The translations under genes and the position numbers were made by a program. DNA of 64,000 nt, taken from IMG/VR virus record IMGVR_UViG_3300036770_006954, positions 64,001 to 128,000 of that record; one strand, 5' to 3'. The notes below the pieces were generated by a model. The model made no database searches and was not told where the DNA came from. It was given only the letters and a program-made list of their open reading frames with translations. Shown here in pieces: positions 21,590 to 31,382 of the stretch (positions are counted from its first letter, which is position 1; each line of letters starts with the position of its first letter). The DNA is from a virus.

Positions 21590-22292
21590 TACCCCCAAAA
21601 TATCAGTTTGTATTCCAACTTATGAAGCTAATGGAAGAGGCGTAGAATTTCTAAGGAAGAATGTAGAATCTATTTTGGAACAAACTTATCAGAATATCGA
21701 AATTATTATTTCCGACCACTCCAAAACTGATAACATCCAACAATACATTGAATCTCTTAATAACGATAAAATTGTTTATCTTAGATATACTGAGAATATA
21801 GGATGGCCAGCACACAACACAAACAATGCAATAAAAAACTCATCAGGTGATTTTATTAAGTTGATGAACTTAGATGATTACATTGAAGGCTCGGATAGTA
21901 TTCAATTAATGGTTGATTTGTTAAATGAAGGTCACAAATGGGTTATTAGTGGTTGCAAACATTTAAACTACGGAACAGGAGAATGGTCAAACCCAATTAT
22001 ACCTCGAATTGAGAACGATGGTAGACACCTACTAAGGGGAATCAATTATGTTGGTTGTCCAAGTGTTGGATTAATACCCCGAGAAGAATATTTTGACCCA
22101 GAAGTAATCTATATGATAGATTGTGAATTATGGTACAGAATGTTTATTAAATATGATTATCCTGGTGTCTTGAAAGATTACAGAATTGTAATTGGAATCG
22201 GTGACCATACATTAACAAGTCAATGGGCATCAAAACATAGTGATTTACTCTGCAAAGATATTGAGTATTGTAATAAAAAATTTCTAATATGA
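21582..22292 (+). CDS. GT2 glycosyltransferase
   Basis: ISVCIPTY, ISDHS, NLDD, GCPS, DCELWYR. Confidence 0.85.
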   Translation: MNNTPKISVCIPTYEANGRGVEFLRKNVESILEQTYQNIEIIISDHSKTDNIQQYIESLNNDKIVYLRYTENIGWPAHNTNNAIKNSSGDFIKLMNLDDYIEGSDSIQLMVDLLNEGHKWVISGCKHLNYGTGEWSNPIIPRIENDGRHLLRGINYVGCPSVGLIPREEYFDPEVIYMIDCELWYRMFIKYDYPGVLKDYRIVIGIGDHTLTSQWASKHSDLLCKDIEYCNKKFLI

Positions 22293-23446
22293 AAAATATA
22301 CAACTTTTTGTTCCCAAGTTTAGGAAAGAAGAAATTCAAGAACATATTTCAGTTTGCTTAGATAGAGGATGGACTGGTTTGGGATTTAAGACCGTAGAAA
22401 TTGAAGAGAAATGGAAGGAGTATACCAACCTTCCATTTGCTCATTTTATAAATTCTAACACCTCAGGATTACACTTGGCGTTCAAGATTCTTAAAGATGC
22501 CAATAAGTGGAACGATGGTGATGAGATTATAACAAGTCCTCTGACATTCGTTTCCTCAAATCATGCAATCGTTTACGAAAATCTAAAACCAGTGTTTGCG
22601 GATGTTGATGAGTTTCTATGTTTGGACCCCAAATCAATAGAATCAAAAATAACCAAAAAAACCAAAGCAATTCTATTCATTGGAATTGGGGGGAATACAG
22701 GTCAATTAAATTCTGTAATAGAATTGGCTAAAAAACATAAATTGAAAGTAATCTTGGATGCTGCCCATATGGCAGGAACTTTTATTAAAAACCCCAATAC
22801 AGGTCAACCTGAACATGTTGGTCATAGAGCTGACGTAACCGTATTTAGTTTCCAAGCCGTTAAAAACTTACCAACGGCAGATTCAGGTATGATTTGTTTT
22901 GCAAATGAGGACTACGATACTTTAGTTAGAAAACTATCTTGGTTAGGTATTAATAAAGACACATACCAAAGAAGTAATGACAAAGGAAATTATAAGTGGG
23001 AATATGATTTAGTTGACGTTGGTTACAAATACCATGGAAACTCAATTATGGCATCAATGGCATTAGTTGGTTTAAAATATCTTGACGAAGATAATAACAG
23101 AAGAAGAGAAATCTGTGAAATTTATGAAAAAGAATTAACAAAACATGGAATTCAAACTATAAAAACTCATAAAGATTGTGTATTGTCATCAAGACATTTA
23201 TTTCAAATTGTTGTTAATCAAAGAAATAAATTTATGGAACTATTAAACTCGAATGGAATTTATCCTGGAGTTCACTATAGAGACAACACCAATTATAAAA
23301 TGTATAAACACGGATTTGGTACTTGTCCAAACTCTTTAACTATTTCTGAAAAATTAATAACACTACCATTACATATGAACTTAAATGACGATGATGTGAA
23401 ATATATCATAGAAAAAGTAATAGAAGTAAATAAAAATTTAAATTGA
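22289..23446 (+). CDS. DegT/DnrJ/EryC1/StrS PLP-dependent sugar aminotransferase
   Basis: DAAH and FSFQAVKNL with catalytic Lys. Confidence 0.9.
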   Translation: MKNIQLFVPKFRKEEIQEHISVCLDRGWTGLGFKTVEIEEKWKEYTNLPFAHFINSNTSGLHLAFKILKDANKWNDGDEIITSPLTFVSSNHAIVYENLKPVFADVDEFLCLDPKSIESKITKKTKAILFIGIGGNTGQLNSVIELAKKHKLKVILDAAHMAGTFIKNPNTGQPEHVGHRADVTVFSFQAVKNLPTADSGMICFANEDYDTLVRKLSWLGINKDTYQRSNDKGNYKWEYDLVDVGYKYHGNSIMASMALVGLKYLDEDNNRRREICEIYEKELTKHGIQTIKTHKDCVLSSRHLFQIVVNQRNKFMELLNSNGIYPGVHYRDNTNYKMYKHGFGTCPNSLTISEKLITLPLHMNLNDDDVKYIIEKVIEVNKNLN

Positions 23447-23447
23447 T

Positions 23448-23882
23448 ATGTTAGTTATTCGTGATTTTGAAAGAAATGACTCTACAAGCGGGTTATTAAA
23501 AACACTTAAAGAAGTGTGGTCAGTTGATGAAATAAATGAATCAACATTAGATAAATGGTTTAAGAATGATAATCACATGGTAATTGCGGAGTTTAATGGT
23601 GAAATTGTTGGTTCAGCAACTTTACATTTACAACAAAAAATTATTCGTAATGGTGGTATTGCTGGATGTATTGAAGATGTTGTAGTTAGAGAGGATTATA
23701 GAGGAAATAACATTGGCACTCAATTAATACAAGAATTAATTAAAAAGGCTGAAAATTTTGGGTGTTATAAAATAATTTTATCTTGTTTTCCTGAAAGGAT
23801 TAATTTTTATAAAAAAAATGGATTTAATCAAGAGTCAATAACTATGAGATTCGATTTAAAAAAATTAGAAAAAAATGTATAA
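23448..23882 (+). CDS. GNAT acetyltransferase, GNA1-like (glucosamine-6-P N-acetyltransferase)
   Basis: KIIRNGG.AGCIEDVVV...RG.NIG...GCYKIILSC...FYKKNGF. Confidence 0.75.
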   Translation: MLVIRDFERNDSTSGLLKTLKEVWSVDEINESTLDKWFKNDNHMVIAEFNGEIVGSATLHLQQKIIRNGGIAGCIEDVVVREDYRGNNIGTQLIQELIKKAENFGCYKIILSCFPERINFYKKNGFNQESITMRFDLKKLEKNV

Positions 23883-24675
23883 CGTTGAAAAAATTTCAAA
23901 TTGGGACTTACGAGTTAATATAGAAACAAACAAACCCTGTGAATTGTATGTTGATAATTTTCCTAACACCCCAAAAAATTCTATTCGAGTTTTATGGTTA
24001 GTTGAACCTGATGAAGTAAGTAGAGTAAAAGAAGTTGTCTTTGGTAGATACAATGAGTTTGATTTAATTCTTACTTTTGATAAAGAAATTTTGGAACGGT
24101 GCCCAAACGCTCGCCTTCATACTTTTGGTATGACATGGATTTTGGATTATGATTCTTCTCAAGAAAAAGAATTTTGTGTTACTTCACTAATTGGTGGAAA
24201 ACAACTTTCTCCAAACCATCTTCTTCGCCAACAATTACCTCAGATTAAAAATAAAATTGAAAATGTAGATTTACACCTATTCGGAAGTATTAATAATCCT
24301 TTTTCGGGTGAGGGTGTTGATAGGAAAATGCAGGATAATGACAGAAAAAATGAACTTTTTTATTCTCAATATCACATTGCAATCGAAAATTTCTCAAAAG
24401 AAAATTTTTTCACCGAAAAATTGATGGATTGTTTTCAAACTAAAACAATTCCAATTTATGTTGGATGTCCTAATATCTCAGAATTTTTTGATACCCGAGG
24501 TATGTTCATTGTGAACTCTTTGGAAGAAATTACTGAAGTAATTAAAAATTTAACACCTGAAACTTATTCTAATATGTTGGAATATGTTGAAATAAATTAT
24601 GAATTAAGTAAACCTCATGCACATTTTAGGGAAAGACTAAAAAGTGTTGTGTCGAATTTTGTAAACTCCTTGTAA
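23875..24675 (+). CDS. GT10-like (alpha-1,3-fucosyltransferase-like) glycosyltransferase
   Basis: YHIAIEN...FTEKLMDCF..KTIPIYVG. Confidence 0.75.
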   Translation: MYNVEKISNWDLRVNIETNKPCELYVDNFPNTPKNSIRVLWLVEPDEVSRVKEVVFGRYNEFDLILTFDKEILERCPNARLHTFGMTWILDYDSSQEKEFCVTSLIGGKQLSPNHLLRQQLPQIKNKIENVDLHLFGSINNPFSGEGVDRKMQDNDRKNELFYSQYHIAIENFSKENFFTEKLMDCFQTKTIPIYVGCPNISEFFDTRGMFIVNSLEEITEVIKNLTPETYSNMLEYVEINYELSKPHAHFRERLKSVVSNFVNSL

Positions 24676-24677
24676 CT

Positions 24678-25295
24678 ATGAATAACGAATTAGAATTAAA
24701 TCTCCAAAAAATTGTTGATGGTCATCATAAAGTGACTTATCGAGGTATAAAGATGATTAAAAATCCATTTGATTATCTACTTTATCAAATGATAATTAAT
24801 GAAGTTAAACCCGATTTAATTGTCGAAATCGGAACTAATCATGGTGGTGCTTCTTTATACATGGCTGACATGTTAGATTTGATTGGTAAGGGTGAAATCC
24901 ATACAATAGACATTACAGAATATCCTATGGATTCTCTAATTTTAGAAAACAAAAGGATTAAAAGATTCTTGGGTGGATATCAGTCATATGATTTAAAAAA
25001 TACTGAAGGTTTCGAAACAGTATTGGTTATTGATGATGGTTCACACACATATGAACATTCTTACGAAATTCTTCACAAATTTAAAAATGTTGTAACACTC
25101 AATAGTTATTTCATTATCGAAGATGGTGCATTAATTCATATTGGTTTAGGTAAAGATTATGGCGGTGGTCCTGTAAGGTCAATTGAACAATTTATGGGTG
25201 AAAATAATCAATATATCATAGACAGAAAATGGTGTGATTTTTTCGGTACCAATACAACTTTCAACACTAACGGATTTTTAAAAAGAATTAGTTAA
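24678..25295 (+). CDS. CmcI-family SAM-dependent (sugar O-)methyltransferase
   Basis: KNPFD..LYQ, IVEIGT.HGG, DDGSH, IIED. Confidence 0.8.
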   Translation: MNNELELNLQKIVDGHHKVTYRGIKMIKNPFDYLLYQMIINEVKPDLIVEIGTNHGGASLYMADMLDLIGKGEIHTIDITEYPMDSLILENKRIKRFLGGYQSYDLKNTEGFETVLVIDDGSHTYEHSYEILHKFKNVVTLNSYFIIEDGALIHIGLGKDYGGGPVRSIEQFMGENNQYIIDRKWCDFFGTNTTFNTNGFLKRIS

Positions 25296-26077
25296 TGAGC
25301 ATTATTTCAACAAAGTTGATGGGTGGGCTGGGTAATTATATGTTTCAAATTGCCGCCGCTTATGCAATTTCTTTAAGGGACAAAAAAAAAATTGTTTGTG
25401 AAACATATGATGTACAGTCACCTCAAAAACCAATACATCACTATAAAACGAATTTATTTAATAAAATAGAATTCACTGAAGAAAAAATTCCTCATATTCC
25501 TTTTGGAGAACCAAAATTTTCTTACACAGAAATCCCAACAATCAAAGAAAATCTGAGACTTTATGGATACTTCCAAAGTGAAAAATATTTCAAAAATTAT
25601 CGTGACAAAATTTTGGAGTTATTCGATTTAGATGAATCAATTAAAGGAAATGTCAAAACAAAATACAAAGAAGTTTTAAAAAAAAATCCGACATCAATTC
25701 ATGTAAGAAGGGGAGATTATGTTTGGTTGAGTGATTACCATGAAAATCAGAACTTACAATATTATGAAGAAGCTGTTCGAATTATTGGTGAAGAAAGTTA
25801 TTTTTTAATCTTTTCAGACGATATATCGTGGTGTCAAGAAAATTTGAATTTCATCAAAAACAAAACATTTGTAAGTGGTAATCAAGATTATGAAGACCTT
25901 TTTTTGATGACACAATGTGAGAATAATATTATTGCAAATTCAAGTTTCAGCTGGTGGGGAGCTTGGCTAAACAAAAATGAGGGTAAAAAAGTGATTGCAC
26001 CGAAAAAATGGTTCGGAAAATCAAATTCACATCTTGAGACAAAAGACTTATATTGTGAAAAATGGATGGTAATATGA
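25295..26077 (+). CDS. GT11 alpha-1,2-fucosyl/colitosyl-transferase
   Basis: GGLGNYMFQ, GYFQSEKYF, HVRRGDY, NSSFSWWGAWL. Confidence 0.9.
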   Translation: MSIISTKLMGGLGNYMFQIAAAYAISLRDKKKIVCETYDVQSPQKPIHHYKTNLFNKIEFTEEKIPHIPFGEPKFSYTEIPTIKENLRLYGYFQSEKYFKNYRDKILELFDLDESIKGNVKTKYKEVLKKNPTSIHVRRGDYVWLSDYHENQNLQYYEEAVRIIGEESYFLIFSDDISWCQENLNFIKNKTFVSGNQDYEDLFLMTQCENNIIANSSFSWWGAWLNKNEGKKVIAPKKWFGKSNSHLETKDLYCEKWMVI

Positions 26078-26997
26078 AGGTATTAGTTACAGGAAGCAAC
26101 GGATTAGTTGGGAATGCATTAAAAAAAATATTAGGTGATAACCATGTCTATCACACACGAGCTGATGTTGATTTGTTTGACACAAAAAAAACGAAAGAAT
26201 ATTTTGAGTATCATGTTAAGAATTCAGGTGTTGATACTGTAATTCACTGTGCAGCCAAAGTTGGTGGTGTTGGCGCAAACTCAAGTAACAATCATGGATT
26301 TTTTCTCGAGAATTATTTAATTAATAAAAATGTAATGCAGGCATGTTTTGAATTAGAAATGCCAAATTTTGTTAATTTGTTATCTACATGTGTTTTTCCC
26401 GATTCAAATATTGTTTATCCACTTACTTCTGACCAAATAGACAATGGTAGACCACATCCTTCCAACGAAGGGTATTCATACGCCAAAAGACTATCAGGAT
26501 ATGAAACCAAAATTTTTAGAAGTTTTTTGAGAAAAAATTGGATTTCAATTGTCCCTACAAATATCTACGGACCACATGATAATTTTAATTTAGACCATAG
26601 TCATATTATACCAGGTATGATACACCGAGCGTATTTGACCAAACAGAAAAACGAAAAAATGGTTATATGGGGTGATGGTTCACCCTTAAGACAATTTATT
26701 CATTCAGAAGACTTAGCTAAAAACATATTATGGGCACTTGAAAATTGGAACACAGAACATAATTTTCAGGCAATAAACGAGACTGAAGTTTCGGTAATGG
26801 AAGTTGCCAATATAATATGTAAAAAATTTGGAATTAAAGACAATGACTTAGTTTTTGATTCAACTAAACCTAAGGGACAATTTAGAAAACCTGCCAAAAC
26901 AGATATTCCCAAAAACTATGAATTTATCAAATTTGAAGATGGTATTAATTCAACGATTGAGTGGTTCATAGAAAATTATAAAAAAGTAAGAAAATGA
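26074..26997 (+). CDS. fcl: GDP-L-fucose synthase / GDP-colitose synthase (Fcl/ColC)
   Basis: GSNGLVG, AAKVGG, STCVFP, YSYAK, PTNIYGP.DNF, WGDGSPLRQF. Confidence 0.88.
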   Translation: MKVLVTGSNGLVGNALKKILGDNHVYHTRADVDLFDTKKTKEYFEYHVKNSGVDTVIHCAAKVGGVGANSSNNHGFFLENYLINKNVMQACFELEMPNFVNLLSTCVFPDSNIVYPLTSDQIDNGRPHPSNEGYSYAKRLSGYETKIFRSFLRKNWISIVPTNIYGPHDNFNLDHSHIIPGMIHRAYLTKQKNEKMVIWGDGSPLRQFIHSEDLAKNILWALENWNTEHNFQAINETEVSVMEVANIICKKFGIKDNDLVFDSTKPKGQFRKPAKTDIPKNYEFIKFEDGINSTIEWFIENYKKVRK

Positions 26998-28157
26998 AAA
27001 AAATAGAACTCGTACAAGACACAATTGATAACAAAGATATTGACAGTTTAATTGAATGGTTGTCTAGCTACCCTCGTCTGACTAAGGGACCAATGACATT
27101 GGAATTTGAATCGAAATGGTCAGAATGGATTGGTACCAAATATTCGATTTTTGTAAACTCAGGTTCATCAGCAAATTTATTAATGGTATTTGCTTTAAAA
27201 TATCTGAATCTTTTGAAGAATAATAAAGTTTGTGTACCATCACTTTCTTGGGCGACAGATTTGGCACCAATCTTACAATTTGATTTACAGCCATTATTGG
27301 TTGATTGTAACCTTGAAAATTTATCTGTGGACTTGAATCATTTAGAGGAAATTTTTAAAACAGAAAATCCGTCGGCACTAATATTAGTTTCAGTATTGGG
27401 TCTCTCTCCCGACATGAATAAAGTGGTGGAACTTTGTGAAAAATATGATGTAATACTTTTAGAGGATAACTGTGAATCACAAGGCACTGAATTTCAAAAT
27501 AGAAGGTTGGGAAATTTTGGATTAATGTCGTCTTTTTCAACTTATTTCGGACATACTATGAGTACGATTGAAGGTGGTGTTATTACTACCAATGATGAAA
27601 AGATATATCATACACTTTTACAGTTAAGGAGTCATGGATGGTCTAGAGACCTACCGTCAGATAAACAATTAGAATTAAAACAGGAATGGAATTGTGATGA
27701 TTTTAGCTCACTTTACACTTTTTTTATACCGGGATTTAATTTAAGAAGTACGGACTTACAAGCACAGATAGGGCTGAATCAATTGAAAAAAATTGATGGT
27801 TTGATTGAAAAAAGAAATCAAAATTTCAAACTATACTCTAAATTGTTGTCACCCAAAGTGTGGTTCCCAAAAGAAATTGAAGATACTTTTACCGCAAATT
27901 TCGCAATCCCTGTAATTACAAAAGATAAGGAAAGTAAGAGTTCTTTAATCAAAGAACTAGTGGAAAATGGTATTGCATGTAGACCACTTATTTCAGGTTC
28001 AATGGGTTCACAACCATTCTATAAAAAAATATACGGAGAACTTATCTTACCAAATTGTTCAATTATTGATGAAAGAGGGATATATGTTCCAAATCACCCT
28101 CAACTTGAAGAAAGTGATATTGAATTAATCTGTGATATTATTTTGAAACACGCGTAG
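26994..28157 (+). CDS. colD: ColD-like GDP-4-keto-6-deoxymannose 3-dehydratase (PLP, His in place of the catalytic Lys)
   Basis: NSGSSANL, LEDNCES, FSTYFGHTMSTIEGG, RSHGW, GFNLRST; 387 aa; flanked by fcl and gmd. Confidence 0.75.
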   Translation: MKKIELVQDTIDNKDIDSLIEWLSSYPRLTKGPMTLEFESKWSEWIGTKYSIFVNSGSSANLLMVFALKYLNLLKNNKVCVPSLSWATDLAPILQFDLQPLLVDCNLENLSVDLNHLEEIFKTENPSALILVSVLGLSPDMNKVVELCEKYDVILLEDNCESQGTEFQNRRLGNFGLMSSFSTYFGHTMSTIEGGVITTNDEKIYHTLLQLRSHGWSRDLPSDKQLELKQEWNCDDFSSLYTFFIPGFNLRSTDLQAQIGLNQLKKIDGLIEKRNQNFKLYSKLLSPKVWFPKEIEDTFTANFAIPVITKDKESKSSLIKELVENGIACRPLISGSMGSQPFYKKIYGELILPNCSIIDERGIYVPNHPQLEESDIELICDIILKHA

Positions 28158-28163
28158 TAATTC

Positions 28164-29135
28164 ATGGAAAAAGTAGCACTTATCACAGGTATAAATGGTC
28201 AAGATGGTTCATATTTGGCAGAATTTTTATTGGAAAAAGGATATGAAGTACACGGAACTCTAAAAAGAAATTCTGTGAGTGAAAATCAAACCGCTCGACT
28301 CGATAATATTTTTCAAAAAATAACCCTTCATTATGCGGATTTAACAGACTTATCATCATTAATTTCCGTTATACAAAAAGTTCAACCTAATGAAATTTAT
28401 AATTTAGCTGCACAATCACATGTTAGAATTTCGTTCGACCAACCAATTTACACCGCACAAGTTACAGGTCTTGGTACTCTCAATTTGTTAGAGGCTGTCA
28501 GATTAATCGACCCCAAAATAAAAATATATCAAGCATCATCGTCAGAAATGTTTGGAAACTCAATTGATAAGGATGGGTACCAAAGAGAAACCACTCCGAT
28601 GACACCAGTATCACCATACGGTTGTGCCAAAGTTTTTTCTTATAATATTTGTAAAAATTATAGAAATTCTTACAACATGTTTATCTCTAATGGTATTTTA
28701 TTCAATCACGAATCACCAAGAAGAGGAACTAACTTTGTAACTAACAAGGTAGCTAAAGAGGCCGTAAAGATAAAGTATGGATTATCTACTGAGTTAAAAT
28801 TGGGTAATTTAGATGCTACACGAGATTGGGGACATGCAAAAGATTATGTCGAGGCGATGTGGTTGATTTTACAACAAGAAACTGCCGATGATTTTGTTTG
28901 TTCTACAGGTATATCTCATTCGGTAAAAGAATTATGTGAATATACGTTTAACAAACTTGGTCTTAACTATCAAGATTGGGTTAAATTAGATGAGAAGTTT
29001 TTAAGACCTGAAGAACTTCACGATTTAAAAGGGGATTCAACAAAATTGAGAACTATTACAGGTTGGGAACCAAGATACACATTTGAAAAAATGATTGATG
29101 AAATGATTGATTATTGGTTGGAATTTTACGAATAA
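28164..29135 (+). CDS. gmd: GDP-mannose 4,6-dehydratase
   Basis: ALITGINGQDGSYLAE, YNLAAQSHV, SPYGCAK, FNHESPRRG, RDWGHAKDY. Confidence 0.95.
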   Translation: MEKVALITGINGQDGSYLAEFLLEKGYEVHGTLKRNSVSENQTARLDNIFQKITLHYADLTDLSSLISVIQKVQPNEIYNLAAQSHVRISFDQPIYTAQVTGLGTLNLLEAVRLIDPKIKIYQASSSEMFGNSIDKDGYQRETTPMTPVSPYGCAKVFSYNICKNYRNSYNMFISNGILFNHESPRRGTNFVTNKVAKEAVKIKYGLSTELKLGNLDATRDWGHAKDYVEAMWLILQQETADDFVCSTGISHSVKELCEYTFNKLGLNYQDWVKLDEKFLRPEELHDLKGDSTKLRTITGWEPRYTFEKMIDEMIDYWLEFYE

Positions 29136-29141
29136 TTAGAA

Positions 29142-29585
29142 ATGGGGATTAGACATTACATTTCACATCGAGGTAATATAGACGGGAGAATAACCAACGC
29201 GGAAAACTCTCCTGAATATATTTTGACCGCATTATCTCGGGGATATGAGGTGGAAATTGATGTGTGGTTTGTTAATGATTTATTTTATTTAGGTCACGAC
29301 GAACCTCTTTATTTAGTAAGTGAGGAATTCTTGGAAAATGAAAAACTTTGGTGTCACGCCAAAAATGGAGAGTCATTTTACAAGATGTTATCTAACCCCA
29401 AAATCCACTGTTTTTGGCATCAAACCGATGACTACACTCTAACTTCAAAAGGTATTCCGTGGGTGTTTCCTGGTAAAAAGGTGTATGAAAATTCTATATG
29501 GGTTTTACCTGAGAAAACAATCTTCAAGAATATAATGATAAACTGTTTAGGGATTTGTTCTGATTACATATCAAAATATAAATGA
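29142..29585 (+). CDS. GDPD/PLC-like phosphodiesterase-fold protein
   Basis: ISHRGN, VEIDVW, LGHD, WCHAKN, ICSD. Confidence 0.6.
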   Translation: MGIRHYISHRGNIDGRITNAENSPEYILTALSRGYEVEIDVWFVNDLFYLGHDEPLYLVSEEFLENEKLWCHAKNGESFYKMLSNPKIHCFWHQTDDYTLTSKGIPWVFPGKKVYENSIWVLPEKTIFKNIMINCLGICSDYISKYK

Positions 29586-30946
29586 TAAAATTAGTTGTTT
29601 TCGATTTGGATGGTGTGTTAATTGAGGCCAAACAATTACATTACGAAGCTCTCAATGACGCACTAAATCTACACGCACCAAATTGTGTAATATCTTGGAA
29701 TGAGCACCTTTCCAAATATGATGGTCTTAAAACCAAACAAAAATTAGAAATGTTAACTAATGAAAAGGGGTTGGACCGTAATTTACACAATGTTGTTTGG
29801 GAAGAAAAACAACGAATCACCAATCAGAAACTAAAAGATATTACCCCTCATTCTAATTTGATAGACCTACTAAAAAGACTATCAGAGGATGGTTTTAAAA
29901 TTGCCTGTTGTAGTAATTCAATTAGAAAGACTGTTCTAACGGTTTTATCTAAGTTGGACATCATAGAATACTTCGACCAAATACTGTCCAATGAGGATGT
30001 AAAGAATAGTAAACCTCACCCCGAGATTTATTGGAAAGTCATATCTGAAATGGGGGTTATTGCAGAGGAGACTTTAATTGTTGAGGACTCACCTTATGGA
30101 CTCTTAGCTGCGGCAAGAACACACGCACCAATACTGAGGGTAAAATCCCCCAAAGAAGTTAATGTTGAAAACCTGTATAGAAAATTAAACGAATTAAATA
30201 ACAAGTTCAAAATGAAGAAACCCAAATGGACTGACGAGACTCTCAATGTATTAATACCCATGGCGGGTGCTGGTTCAAGATTTGAAAAAGCGGGATATAC
30301 ATTTCCTAAACCTCTTATCGATGTTGAAGGGGACCCTATGATTAAAGTCGTCACTGAAAATTTAAACATTAAAGCCAATTACATTTTTATCGTTCAAAAA
30401 TCACATAGAGAAAAATATAACTTGGATACTTTACTTGGTATGGTTTCACCTGGTTGTAAAATTGTTGAGGTTGAGGGTATTACCGAAGGTGCTGCAAGCA
30501 CTACACTTTTGGCTAAAGAATATATCAATAATGATAATCCATTAGTTATGGCAAACTCAGACCAATTTATCGAGTGGGACTCCAATGAATTCATGTATAA
30601 GATGTCGGAAACCGATTGTGATGGGGGAATTGTAACCTTTAAATCAACTCACCCTAAATGGTCATTTGCTAAAGTTAACGAAAATGGTTTGGTAACTGAG
30701 GTTGCCGAAAAGAATCCCATTTCGGACATTGCAACAGTGGGGGTCTATTATTGGAAAAAAGGTTCTGATTATGTTAAGTATGCCGAACAGATGATTGAAA
30801 AGAATCTTAGAGTTAATAATGAGTTTTATGTGTGTCCTGTGTTCAACGAGGCAATTCAAGATAACAAAGAAATCAGAACTTATGAAATCGTCAAAATGTG
30901 GGGATTAGGTACTCCTGAGGATTTAAATACCTATTTGAGACGATAA
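29582..30946 (+). CDS. HAD phosphatase fused to a sugar nucleotidyltransferase
   Basis: FDLDGVL...KPHP...VEDS N-half; LIPMAGAGSRF...PKPLI...LGTPEDL C-half. Confidence 0.85.
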   Translation: MIKLVVFDLDGVLIEAKQLHYEALNDALNLHAPNCVISWNEHLSKYDGLKTKQKLEMLTNEKGLDRNLHNVVWEEKQRITNQKLKDITPHSNLIDLLKRLSEDGFKIACCSNSIRKTVLTVLSKLDIIEYFDQILSNEDVKNSKPHPEIYWKVISEMGVIAEETLIVEDSPYGLLAAARTHAPILRVKSPKEVNVENLYRKLNELNNKFKMKKPKWTDETLNVLIPMAGAGSRFEKAGYTFPKPLIDVEGDPMIKVVTENLNIKANYIFIVQKSHREKYNLDTLLGMVSPGCKIVEVEGITEGAASTTLLAKEYINNDNPLVMANSDQFIEWDSNEFMYKMSETDCDGGIVTFKSTHPKWSFAKVNENGLVTEVAEKNPISDIATVGVYYWKKGSDYVKYAEQMIEKNLRVNNEFYVCPVFNEAIQDNKEIRTYEIVKMWGLGTPEDLNTYLRR

Positions 30947-30992
30947 AAGGTTTTTTTTCTTTATTTTACCACTATTTTGGTAAAAAAACATT

Positions 30993-31379
30993 ATGATTAC
31001 AACACCCATTAGCGTTGGTGAACTTTTGGACAAATTATCTATTTTGTCCATTAAAAAAAACCGACTGACAAATCCTGATAAACTATTTCAGGTTGAAAAA
31101 GAATTTTCTTACTTACATGAATTGTCTGAACCATTTTTGAGGGTTAAAGATTATTTTAATTTATATGATGATTTGGTTTTGGTTAATTCAAAATTATGGG
31201 ACATAGAGGATAAGATACGAGTTTGTGAAAAGAATAAAAAGTTTGATGATGAATTCATCGAATTAGCCAGGTCGGTCTATTATACTAATGATGACAGATT
31301 CGAACTGAAAAATAAAATTAATCTTCTTTCAAATTCAGAAATACAAGAACAAAAAAGTTACGAGGATTACAAAAATTAA
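30993..31379 (+). CDS. DUF6165-like protein
   Basis: PISVGELLDKLSIL...LWDIEDKIR...LARSVY.TND.R. Confidence 0.7.
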   Translation: MITTPISVGELLDKLSILSIKKNRLTNPDKLFQVEKEFSYLHELSEPFLRVKDYFNLYDDLVLVNSKLWDIEDKIRVCEKNKKFDDEFIELARSVYYTNDDRFELKNKINLLSNSEIQEQKSYEDYKN

Positions 31380-31382
31380 TAT

